From assembly GCA_012514835.1 (NCBI GenBank), contig JAAYZM010000297.1, positions 1-25,350 on the forward strand: 25,350 nucleotides of DNA, written 5' to 3'. The notes under the pieces are model-generated. The model was given only the letters and a program-made list of their open reading frames with translations. It did no database searches and had not been told where the DNA came from. Shown piece after piece: positions 17,022 through 25,298 of this stretch (position 1 is its first letter; every line of letters starts with the position of its first letter). The translations under genes and the position numbers were made by a program. Source of the DNA: Actinomycetales bacterium (GTDB taxonomy: Bacteria > Actinomycetota > Actinomycetes > Actinomycetales > Cellulomonadaceae).

Positions 17022-19244
17022 TCAGCCCCCCGCCGCGATCGTGAAGGACTGCGTCGAGGTCCGCCCGCGCCGCACCTCGACGAGGGCCGTCGCGAGCGTC
17101 GTCTCGCCGCGCACGACGGTCACGGTCCACGTCCCGGGCTCGAGGTCCGGGATCGTGTACGTCCCGCCTGCGCCGGAGGACGTCGTCGTCGTGGTGAAGA
17201 TCGCGCGCCCGTCGGTCGCCCGTACGGTCGCTCCCACGAGGCCGACGTCGCCCTGCGTCACGCGGCCCTCGACCCGTCCGAAGGCCGAGGCCATCGTCAC
17301 GGGCGCGAGCCCGCCCGAGCCGACCACGACCGGGACCGTGACCGCGGTGTAGCCGGGGTGCGTGAACGTCAGCGTCACCTCGCGACCCTGGGGCAGGCCC
17401 GTGAGGGAGAAGGTGCCGACCGCGCCCGCCGTGAGCGTCGTCGTCTCGACGCCCTCGACGCCGCCCGCCGTGACCGTGACCCCCCCGAGCGGGTCGCCCG
17501 AGCCGTCCTGGACGATCCCCGTGACCGTCCCGACGCCGCCCGTGAGCGCGACCTCGAGGTCGGTGAGCGCCTCGCCGGGCCCGAGCGTGACGACCGCGGT
17601 CATGGTCTCGAAGCCGTCCTTCGCGAACGCGAGCACGTAGGTCGCCGGGGTCGGCAGCGAGCCGATCACGAACCGCCCGACCTGGCCCTGGGTCGGCGTG
17701 CCGACCTCGACGAGCGTCCCGTCGACCGTGGTCGTCACGGTGACCCCGCCGAGGCCCGAGACGCCGTCGGTCACGGTCCCAGCGACCTGCCCGTCGCCTG
17801 CCGAGAGGCGCACGTCGAGCGCGAGCCGGACCTGCCCACCCAGGACGCGCTCGGTGAGCCTGCTCGGCTGGTAGCCCTCGGCCGTGAAGGAGATCTCGTA
17901 GGTGCCCGGGGCGGGCAGGTCGTCGAAGCGGTAGGTGCCGTCGGCCCCCGCGCTCGTGGTCCGCGCGCCCCCGTCCGCACCGGGCCACACGGGGGTCGCG
18001 GTGACCTCGACCGCGACCTCGCCGTCGGGCAGGCCCGTCGTGACGGTGCCAGCGAGCGAGGCCGCGTGCCCGTCGATCACGAGGTCGACCCCTTCGGTGA
18101 CCTCCTGGGCGCGCACCGCGACCGGCTCGGCCGCCGCGTCGCTGCGTGCGCTCGGCCACCAGACCTCGTCGTAGCCCGGGCTCGCGACGCGCACGAGGTA
18201 GCTGCCCGGGAACAGGCCCGCGAGCTCGAAGGTCCCGTCGGCCTGCGTCGCGCCGGTCGAGGTCACGACGAGCCCGTCGCGCGTCTCGCGCAAGAGCTCG
18301 ACCGTGAGCCGCCCCACGCCCTGCCCGTCGGCCGAGCCGCGGACGGTCCCGGTCACGACCCCGCCGACCCCCGCGGGCAGCGCGCCGTCCTTGGGCAGCG
18401 CCCCCGCGGGCGGTGCCGGCTCGGCAGGGGCCTCCCCCCGCTCGGCTGCGGCCTGTGCCGCGGCGGCAGCGAAGAGCGAGCTCGGTGCGGCCTTCGTCAG
18501 GGGGTCGGTGCCGAGCACGAGGCCCATGCCGAGCACGAACGCGAGGGCCCACGCGGCGATGATGAGCAGCAGGACGAGGACCGTCACGAGGCCGCGCGAG
18601 ACCGTCGAGCGCTGCCGGAACACGAGCTCGGTCTGCGACGTGACGCCGCGCGCGTCCGCGACGAGCGTGAGCGGGCGGTCGCGGTCCGAGCCGTAGAGCT
18701 GACGCGGACCGCGCACGACGACGGTCGACGTCGCGCTCGTGCCTACCGGGACCGAGAGGGTCGAGGGGACGAGCGTCGCGGTGAGCGAGCGGTCGGTGTC
18801 CTCGGCGCGCAGCGCGACCTCGAGCGGCTCGTTGCCCTCGTTCGCGACGTGCAGCGTGAAGCCCGCACCCGAGCGCGCCCGCACGAGCGAGGGCTCGGCG
18901 TGCACGCGCAGCGCGGGGCGCGGGGGCACCTCGAGCTCGACCGCGTCGACGGCGGGCTCGGCGCCGGGCGCACGCCCGCGCACCACGAGGTCCACGACGT
19001 ACCGCCCCGCGGGGAAGTGCTCGGGCAGGTGGAAGCTCACGCGCAGCGTGCCCCGGGCCTCGGGGAACAGCACGAGCGGGGCGGGCGAGACCGTGACGTA
19101 CGGTGCGGTCGGTCCGTGCACCTCGACACCCACGGCGTCGATCACGTGCGAGGTGTTGACGACCTCGAGGTTGAGGCCCGCGCGCGGGGAGGCCCCGGAC
19201 GGCGGCGCGACCTCGAGCCGGGACTCGGCGGCGACGACCCTCAT
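17022..19244 (-). CDS. Single-pass membrane protein: two N-terminal Ig-like domains, TM helix, five carboxypeptidase-regulatory-like repeats; 740 aa
   Basis: ATG19244 overlaps the DUF4255 stop (ATGA) and is preferred over the track's GTG19313. TM LVTVLVLLLIIAAWALAFVLGMGLVLG (~18510-18590). Five repeat cores: GTFELAGLFPGSY, GTYRFDDLPAPGTY, GRFVIGSLPTPATY, GTFSLTGLPQGREV, GTYTIPDLEPGTW. Confidence 0.9.
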   Translation of the reverse strand: MRVVAAESRLEVAPPSGASPRAGLNLEVVNTSHVIDAVGVEVHGPTAPYVTVSPAPLVLFPEARGTLRVSFHLPEHFPAGRYVVDLVVRGRAPGAEPAVDAVELEVPPRPALRVHAEPSLVRARSGAGFTLHVANEGNEPLEVALRAEDTDRSLTATLVPSTLSVPVGTSATSTVVVRGPRQLYGSDRDRPLTLVADARGVTSQTELVFRQRSTVSRGLVTVLVLLLIIAAWALAFVLGMGLVLGTDPLTKAAPSSLFAAAAAQAAAERGEAPAEPAPPAGALPKDGALPAGVGGVVTGTVRGSADGQGVGRLTVELLRETRDGLVVTSTGATQADGTFELAGLFPGSYLVRVASPGYDEVWWPSARSDAAAEPVAVRAQEVTEGVDLVIDGHAASLAGTVTTGLPDGEVAVEVTATPVWPGADGGARTTSAGADGTYRFDDLPAPGTYEISFTAEGYQPSRLTERVLGGQVRLALDVRLSAGDGQVAGTVTDGVSGLGGVTVTTTVDGTLVEVGTPTQGQVGRFVIGSLPTPATYVLAFAKDGFETMTAVVTLGPGEALTDLEVALTGGVGTVTGIVQDGSGDPLGGVTVTAGGVEGVETTTLTAGAVGTFSLTGLPQGREVTLTFTHPGYTAVTVPVVVGSGGLAPVTMASAFGRVEGRVTQGDVGLVGATVRATDGRAIFTTTTTSSGAGGTYTIPDLEPGTWTVTVVRGETTLATALVEVRRGRTSTQSFTIAAGG

Positions 19245-19810
19245 GAACCGTTCCCCGGCAGTCGCGAGAGCGCGGGCTCGACCCCCTCGACCGCCGTCGG
19301 TGCCGTCTGCCACGGGTAGGCGTCGGCCGCGACCGTCGCATTCAGCACGAACGAGGCCTTGAGGTGCCCGCCGATGCCCGACCAGACCTCGCGCGGACGG
19401 GTCGCGTCGTCGCCGCCGAGCGCGAGCTGGACCGAGGAGTCGAGGGGTGCGGCGACGTGCTCGGCGGGCACGACGGGGTGCGCGAGCAGCCGGGTGAGGA
19501 CGTCACCGAGCAGGGCGTGCTCGTCGCGGACCGAGCCGGCCCATGCCGAGACGAGGTAGGACAGCTGGACCATGGGCAGCGCGAAGCGGCGTTGGGTGCG
19601 CCCGTCGGGGCCCTGCCGCCGCTCCTGGACGCGCGGCGGCTGGGGAGAGCGCGAGACCCCGAACAGGAAGAGGTTGACCGTGAGGCGGTTGACGCTCGCC
19701 GACCACGTCGAGCTCGGCGCCTCGAACGACACGTCCCCCTGCTCGGTGGGGAGCGGGAGCGTCGTGCGGAGCAGCTTCTCGATTCCGTCCTCGACGGCGG
19801 GGATCAGCAC
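19241..19810 (-). CDS. DUF4255 / Pvc16-Afp16-like CIS cap (tail terminator) protein, 189 aa
   Basis: GTG start with AGGAGG at 19820-19815. Motifs DVSFEAPSSTWSASVNRLTVNLFLF, LSYLVSAWA...DEHALLGDVL, EVWSGIGGHLKAS fit DUF4255. Confidence 0.9.
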   Translation of the reverse strand: MLIPAVEDGIEKLLRTTLPLPTEQGDVSFEAPSSTWSASVNRLTVNLFLFGVSRSPQPPRVQERRQGPDGRTQRRFALPMVQLSYLVSAWAGSVRDEHALLGDVLTRLLAHPVVPAEHVAAPLDSSVQLALGGDDATRPREVWSGIGGHLKASFVLNATVAADAYPWQTAPTAVEGVEPALSRLPGNGS

Positions 19811-19899
19811 GGCACCTCCTTCGGCTCCTGGTCAGCCCGGCCACGTCCACGACCAGGTCGCCGGGACACCGTCACGCTAGGAAGCCCCGAGCGGGACCA

Positions 19900-19916
19900 A
19901 CATCGGTAATCGCTAC
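19900..19916 (-). promoter_or_regulatory. Candidate operator/promoter motif GTAGCGATTACCGATGT upstream of the DUF4255 operon; contains the dyad TCGGTA-N5-TACCGA (19903-19919)
   Basis: 15/17 identical to the motif at 21942-21958. A TAGCGT (-10-like TAnnnT) lies 20 nt downstream on the - strand (19879-19874). Confidence 0.5.
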
Positions 19917-20000
19917 CGAACTTCGCCGCGAGGACTCGACGCGGGCCCGCCCCGGGTGCGAAGGTGCCAGGTCGGGCGGGTCGTGACGAGGGAGGTCGGG

Positions 20001-21926
20001 ATGGTCGCGGCGAGCTGGCCGGACGACGTCGTCGCGGCGCTGCGCGACGCGCTCGAGCGGCGCGGGACGTCGTGGTCGCACCGGGGCGAGGTGGCGCGCG
20101 CGCTCGACGTGCTCGCCGACCCCGCCTCGCGCCTTGCGGCCCTCGGGCCGGGGCTCGCCGACGTGCGCATCGCCTTCTCGCTCGACGACGACGACGCCGC
20201 GCTGCTCGCGGTCGCGCTGCTTGCCGAGGCACATCCCGCGGGGCACCTCGCGTGCGGTCTGCTCGCGGGTGACGAGGGTGCGGCCCGACCCACGGTCGCG
20301 CTCGCGCTCGAGCTCGCGGGGCTGCCTGCGACCTCGGCCCGGGCACGCGACCGGCTCGGTCCGCTCGGGCTTCTGCGCCGCACGGGTCTCGTCGAGCTCG
20401 ACGGTGCGGACGTCCTGCTCTCGCGGCGCCTCGTGCTGCCCGACCGGGTCACCGCGCGCCTGCTCGGCTCGCACGCCGCCCCGGCCCGCCTCGTGCCCCT
20501 GCTCGTCGAGCCCGTGCCCGCCGAGGTCCCGGGGCTCGCGGAGGTCGCCGCGGCGCTGCGCGCGGGCGAGGGGCTCGTCTGGGTCCACTCGCCGTGGGGC
20601 ACCGCGGGGGCGGCGCTCGCGGTCGGGGCGTGCCGCGAGCTCGGTGTGACGTGCCTCGTCGTCGACCTCGAACGCCTCGCGGTCGACGCGGCGGGGCGGC
20701 GCGACCCGGTCGAGGTCACGGCGGCGGTGCGTGCCGCGAGCCTCGAGGCGGGTCTCGACGGCTCGGTCCTCGTGCTCGTCGGTGCGCACCTCGCGGGTCA
20801 CGACGTGCGGATCTTTGACGGGTGCGTCGTGCCGGTTGTCGCGGTCGGACGCACCGCGTGGGACCCGCGCTGGCACGCGACGCTCCCGCCCGCGGTCCTC
20901 GCGGGCCGCCTCCCGGTCGAGCAGCGCGCGACGGCGTGGGAGTCCGCGGTCGGGCCCGAGGCGCTCGACCGCGAGGTGCTCGCGCTGCGCATGACGCCCG
21001 AGGAGATCGTCGCGGTCGGACGGCGCGCCCGGGCCGACGCGCGCGCCGCGGGCCGGGCGGTCGACGTCGTCGACGTGCGCCGCTCGGCGCGGCGGCTCGG
21101 TGGGGCGGGGGGCTCGCGCGTGCGCACCGGGACGAGCCCCGCGACGCTCGACGACCTCGTCCTGCCCGAGCACACCCGGCGCGAGGTCGTGCGCCTCGTC
21201 GGCTGGGCGCGGGACCGCGACGAGGTGCTCGCGCTCGGCGACCTGCACGGCAAGGGCGGGAAGGGCTCAGGCATCTGCGCGCTGTTCTCGGGCAGCCCCG
21301 GGACGGGCAAGACCCTCGCGGCGCACGTCGTCGCGGACTCCCTCGGGATGGACCTGTTCCAGGTGGACCTGTCGACCGTGGTCGACAAGTACGTCGGGCA
21401 GACCGAGAAGAACCTCGAGCGCGTCTTCGAGCAGGCCGAGTCGCTCAACGCGGTGCTGTTCTTCGACGAGGCCGACTCGCTGTTCGGCTCCCGGTCGGCC
21501 GTCAACGACTCGCGTGACCGCTATGCGAACCAGGAGGTCGCCTACCTCCTGCAGCGTATGGAGGCGAGCGAGGGCATCACGATCCTCGCGACCAACCTGC
21601 GCGGCAACCTCGACCCCGCGTTCGCCCGCCGGCTGCACTTCATGATCCACTTCCCCGACCCTGACGTGCCCACCCGTGAGCGGCTGTGGCGCCACCACCT
21701 CGCCCAGCTGCCGTCGACCGACCCCGCGGACCCGGTCGACGTCGAGATGCTCGCGCGTGACCTCGAGATCGCGGGCGGCGACGTGCGCAACATCGTGCTC
21801 GCGGCGACCTACGACGCGGTCGCCGAGCAGGTCGACCTCGGGATGCGGCACGTGCGGGGCGCGGCGCTGCGCGAGATGTCGAAGCTCGGCCGCCGGGTGT
21901 CCGGTTCGTCCTGGTCGGGTGCCTGA
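20001..21926 (+). CDS. Afp15/Pvc15-like AAA+ ATPase, 641 aa
   Basis: ATG20001 with GGAGG 5 nt upstream. Walker A GSPGTGKT (21291-21314), Walker B VLFFDEAD, DLSTVVDKYVGQTEKNL, DRYANQEVAYLLQRME and ILATNLRGNLDPAFARRL. Winged-helix-like N-terminal region and a degenerate first AAA-like module. Confidence 0.93.
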   Translation: MVAASWPDDVVAALRDALERRGTSWSHRGEVARALDVLADPASRLAALGPGLADVRIAFSLDDDDAALLAVALLAEAHPAGHLACGLLAGDEGAARPTVALALELAGLPATSARARDRLGPLGLLRRTGLVELDGADVLLSRRLVLPDRVTARLLGSHAAPARLVPLLVEPVPAEVPGLAEVAAALRAGEGLVWVHSPWGTAGAALAVGACRELGVTCLVVDLERLAVDAAGRRDPVEVTAAVRAASLEAGLDGSVLVLVGAHLAGHDVRIFDGCVVPVVAVGRTAWDPRWHATLPPAVLAGRLPVEQRATAWESAVGPEALDREVLALRMTPEEIVAVGRRARADARAAGRAVDVVDVRRSARRLGGAGGSRVRTGTSPATLDDLVLPEHTRREVVRLVGWARDRDEVLALGDLHGKGGKGSGICALFSGSPGTGKTLAAHVVADSLGMDLFQVDLSTVVDKYVGQTEKNLERVFEQAESLNAVLFFDEADSLFGSRSAVNDSRDRYANQEVAYLLQRMEASEGITILATNLRGNLDPAFARRLHFMIHFPDPDVPTRERLWRHHLAQLPSTDPADPVDVEMLARDLEIAGGDVRNIVLAATYDAVAEQVDLGMRHVRGAALREMSKLGRRVSGSSWSGA

Positions 21927-21941
21927 GCCGCACAAACCTGC

Positions 21942-21958
21942 GTAGCCGTTACCGATGT
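21942..21958 (+). promoter_or_regulatory. Candidate operator/promoter motif GTAGCCGTTACCGATGT upstream of the DUF4157 gene
   Basis: 15/17 identical to the - strand motif at 19900-19916, at a similar distance from its start codon (79 vs 89 nt). Confidence 0.5.
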
Positions 21959-22037
21959 CGCACGCCGCACGAGACGCGAGGCTGGTCGCAGCGCCGGGGT
22001 CGGAGGGTGCCCGGCGCACGCCCGAGGAGGAGCCTTC

Positions 22038-25000
22038 ATGAGCGACCAGCCCGAGCACGTCCACGCTGAGCGCGGCCACGCGCACGCACCTGCGGCCGAC
22101 AGCCGTCGCACGACGTCGGCCCCGGCCCGGCCCGCACCGGTCCTCACGGTGGGCCGCGCGGACGACCCCATGGAGCGCCTCGCGGACTCTCTCGCGGACC
22201 GGGTCGTCGCCGACCTCGACGCGAGCGAGCCGCACCGCCACTCCCCCGGGTGCGGTCACCTGCGCCGATCGGTCGCCCCCACGCCCGCAGGGGCCGTCGG
22301 GCTCGAGGGCGGCGACCTCGACGTCGAGGCGAGCAGCGCGATCGAGGCGGCCCGCGGCGGCGGGCGCGCCCTGCCTGCGCCGGTGCGCCGCCGCATGGAA
22401 GGGGCCTTCGGCACCTCGCTCGGGCACGTCCGGGTGCACGACGGCCCGCAGGCAGCGCGCCTGTCTGCGGCGATGCAGGCCTCGGCCTTCACGGTCGGCT
22501 CGGACGTCTTCTTCGGCGCGGGTCAGCTCGACCCCTCGACGCGCGAGGGTGAGCACGTCCTCGCGCACGAGCTCGCGCACGTCGTCACCGAGGGCCCCCG
22601 GTCGGTGCGGCGCATCGTGATCCGGCGCAAGCCGGGCGGCTGGCTCTCGAAGGTCAAGAGCGGCATCTCCTCGGTCAAGAGTGCCGTGGGCGGCAAGATC
22701 GACGAGGTCAAGGAACGCCGCGCGACCGTGAAGAAGTCCCAGGAGGTCGAGAAGGCCGAGCAGGAGCACCTCAAGAAGGAGCGCGAGCGCGGCCAGGAGG
22801 GTCGCGCGATCGGCACCGCGCTCGTGTGGGGCGACCCGTCGAAGCCGCCAGCCGACGAGCAGGAGCGCCTCGAGCGCGAGGAACGCCTCAAGGACTTCGG
22901 GCGCCGCTTCGAGACGCTCCTGCAGGCCGAGCGGGACCTGTTCGCCGAGCTCAAGGAGAAGTACGGCGACTCCAAGCCCGAGGAGGACATCGCGCAGGAG
23001 GCCTACGACGAGATCTGGCTCAAGGCCCCCGAGGACATGCGTGCCGTGCGTCCCGCCCGCGAGACCCGGGCCGAGCGGCTCGTGAACCAGGTGCGCCAGG
23101 TCCAGTCGGGCGGCGAGGCCCAGCAGGCCTCGGTCGACGACGTCGCCGCGCGCACCACGGTGGGCGGGATGCTCTCCAAGACGGTCGAGCGCGCGTACGA
23201 GCACATGGTCGTCGAGGCCAAGAAGCTCATCGACGACAGCGCCGCCCAGGCCGCGAAGGCTGCCAAGAGTCGCAAGAAGCCCAAGAAGCCGCCCAAGGTC
23301 CTCACCGAGGCCGAGGCGCGCACGCAGGTGCGCAAGCTTGGCCTCGAGTTCTGCAAGAGGGAGGCCGTCGCGCGCAAGCACAAGAAGCCGCGCGTGATGC
23401 CCGAGCCGGGCAGCCGGATCGACGACGCCGCGTGGGAGCAGGCCAAGGAGCGGGTCGAGCTGCGCGAGCTCAAGGCCGAGCAGGACAAGGCCGCGATCGA
23501 GCGCCTGCAGACCCAGCTCGGGGTCGGCGAGGACGCCAAGGAGCGCGCGAAGGACACCGACCCGCTCGCGGGGACGAGCACGATCAACACCGTCACGGGG
23601 ATCGCCGGGACGGTCGGGGACCTCTCGACCACGGGTGGCGAGAAGGTCGCCGACGCCCCCACCACGATGGGCAAGATCAAGGCGTTCTTCACGGGCGGCA
23701 AGGCCCCCGAGAAGCGCAAGCGGGACGACTACGACACGCCCGAGGGGGCCCTCGAGCAGACGACCGACGGCGCGCAGGCCGCGGGCGGGGTCGTCACGAA
23801 GCTCGCCGCCGCGGTCAACGAGGGGCTTGCCCTCGCGAACCACGTCAAGGCTGCCGTGCGGTCGAAGGACCCGTGGGAGGCCGTCAAGGCGACCAAGGCG
23901 GGGCTCGGCTCGGTCAACAGCCTCGTCGGCTGCGCGAACGAGTCCGCGAAGCTCGCACGCAGCATCGAGCCCTCGCTGTCGAAGGAGGTCGCGGGGGTGA
24001 TCCCGGGCTTCGGGGTCGCGACCGCGGTGATCGACACGGTCCGCGCGACGCTCGACGTCGCGATGGCAGGCCGCCGCATGCACGAGACGGACACGACCTT
24101 GTTCGAGGCCCGGGCCCGCACGACCGAGACCGACGCCGACGTGCTCATCTGGCCGATGCTCAAGATGGCCGAGGCCCACACCAAGACGCTCGAGAACAAC
24201 GTGTGGGTGCTCGGCAAGTCGATCTTCGACCTCGGGGTCGCGATCGCCGAGCTCGGCACCGCCGGTGCGGCGAAGGTCGTCAAGCTGGTCGGGTCTGTCG
24301 TCGACAAGGTCCACACGCTCGGGCACAAGATCGCCGACGAGATCCTCACCGCGCGCGCCAAGCGGGCCAAGAAGGAGTCGTCCGTGCTGCACCTCGAGGG
24401 CGCGGCCCAGGACGAGCTGCGCATGCACCCGAAGATGGCGGTCGACGCGATCATCGTCCAGGCGGTGCACGGCGACGAGAAGGCCATGGCCTACCTGACC
24501 AACTACTGGGTCGACGGCAAGCAGGTCACACCTGAGCTCGTGGCCCGCATCGACAAGGTCAAGGTCGGCCCCGCGGCGAAGGACACGGGCAAGGTCGTCG
24601 ACCCCAAGGACATCGCGGCGCAGGACACGGGCCGCGGCGGGGACGACATCGTGCTGATCAAGATCCGCAACGCGATCCTCGCCGAGATGAACACCGAGGC
24701 AGACCCGAGGTCGATCTTCGACAAGCTGCGTGCGGGTGTCGCGCAGGCGAGGTCCGGCTTCGGGTACCTCGACAAGTGGAAGAAGACCGGCGAGATGGCC
24801 GAGACGCGCAACAAGCACGCGATGGACACCGACTACGACCACACGCTGCGCGAGGACCGCGGCTTCCTGTGGCGGGTGAAGATGATGCTCAAGAGCGAGG
24901 AGAAGTTCAACCGCTCGGTCGCCAAGACCCAGGTCCTCAAGGACGCCGACGCGCGCGAGGAGGAGATCGCCAAGCAACGGCGCGTGCGCACGCGCGCCCA

Positions 25001-25298
25001 GCTGCCCGACGACGTCTCGGTCGCGATCGGCCCGCACAAGCTCGGGCTCACCCCGTCCCCCGAGGACGTCAAGGCGATGTTCGCGAAGGCGACCGACAAG
25101 GAGCTCACGCGGGAGATCGAGCGCACCCCGCCGCGCAACTCCGCGGGCTGGATCGACCTCATGCGTGAAGAGCTCAAGAAGCGCCAGGCCGAGCGGGCCA
25201 AGCGGTCGAAGGCGAAGGGGAAGAAGGCGAAGGCCTCGAACCCTGCGCCCCAGGGCGCGCCGTCGTCGACGGGCTCGAGCCAGAAGGTGGGCGCATGA
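22038..25298 (+). CDS. DUF4157 (eCIS core domain) protein with a large unrecognised C-terminal region; candidate CIS cargo/effector, 1086 aa
   Basis: AGGAGG 7 nt upstream of ATG22038. Pre-domain motif VLTVGRADDPMERLADSLADRVV and DUF4157 core GGRALPAPVRRRMEGAFGTSLGHVRVH...ASAFTVGSDVFF...LAHELAHVV (HExxH at 22566-22580). Adjacent to the CIS ATPase. Confidence 0.9.
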   Translation: MSDQPEHVHAERGHAHAPAADSRRTTSAPARPAPVLTVGRADDPMERLADSLADRVVADLDASEPHRHSPGCGHLRRSVAPTPAGAVGLEGGDLDVEASSAIEAARGGGRALPAPVRRRMEGAFGTSLGHVRVHDGPQAARLSAAMQASAFTVGSDVFFGAGQLDPSTREGEHVLAHELAHVVTEGPRSVRRIVIRRKPGGWLSKVKSGISSVKSAVGGKIDEVKERRATVKKSQEVEKAEQEHLKKERERGQEGRAIGTALVWGDPSKPPADEQERLEREERLKDFGRRFETLLQAERDLFAELKEKYGDSKPEEDIAQEAYDEIWLKAPEDMRAVRPARETRAERLVNQVRQVQSGGEAQQASVDDVAARTTVGGMLSKTVERAYEHMVVEAKKLIDDSAAQAAKAAKSRKKPKKPPKVLTEAEARTQVRKLGLEFCKREAVARKHKKPRVMPEPGSRIDDAAWEQAKERVELRELKAEQDKAAIERLQTQLGVGEDAKERAKDTDPLAGTSTINTVTGIAGTVGDLSTTGGEKVADAPTTMGKIKAFFTGGKAPEKRKRDDYDTPEGALEQTTDGAQAAGGVVTKLAAAVNEGLALANHVKAAVRSKDPWEAVKATKAGLGSVNSLVGCANESAKLARSIEPSLSKEVAGVIPGFGVATAVIDTVRATLDVAMAGRRMHETDTTLFEARARTTETDADVLIWPMLKMAEAHTKTLENNVWVLGKSIFDLGVAIAELGTAGAAKVVKLVGSVVDKVHTLGHKIADEILTARAKRAKKESSVLHLEGAAQDELRMHPKMAVDAIIVQAVHGDEKAMAYLTNYWVDGKQVTPELVARIDKVKVGPAAKDTGKVVDPKDIAAQDTGRGGDDIVLIKIRNAILAEMNTEADPRSIFDKLRAGVAQARSGFGYLDKWKKTGEMAETRNKHAMDTDYDHTLREDRGFLWRVKMMLKSEEKFNRSVAKTQVLKDADAREEEIAKQRRVRTRAQLPDDVSVAIGPHKLGLTPSPEDVKAMFAKATDKELTREIERTPPRNSAGWIDLMREELKKRQAERAKRSKAKGKKAKASNPAPQGAPSSTGSSQKVGA

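Noticed and set aside
8404-19244. Carboxypeptidase or hydrolase activity for the three repeat proteins
   Set aside because: The repeats match the non-catalytic regulatory-like beta-sandwich; I see no catalytic peptidase or glycosidase motif.
20575-20610. Degenerate Walker A (VHSPWGTAG) suggesting a damaged ATPase
   Set aside because: An inactive first AAA-like module ahead of an intact C-terminal one is what I expect for Afp15/Pvc15-type ATPases, and the reading frame is intact.
21267-25037. 1256-aa - strand ORF
   Set aside because: Antisense to the ATPase and DUF4157 genes, which have clear family motifs and ribosome-binding sites.
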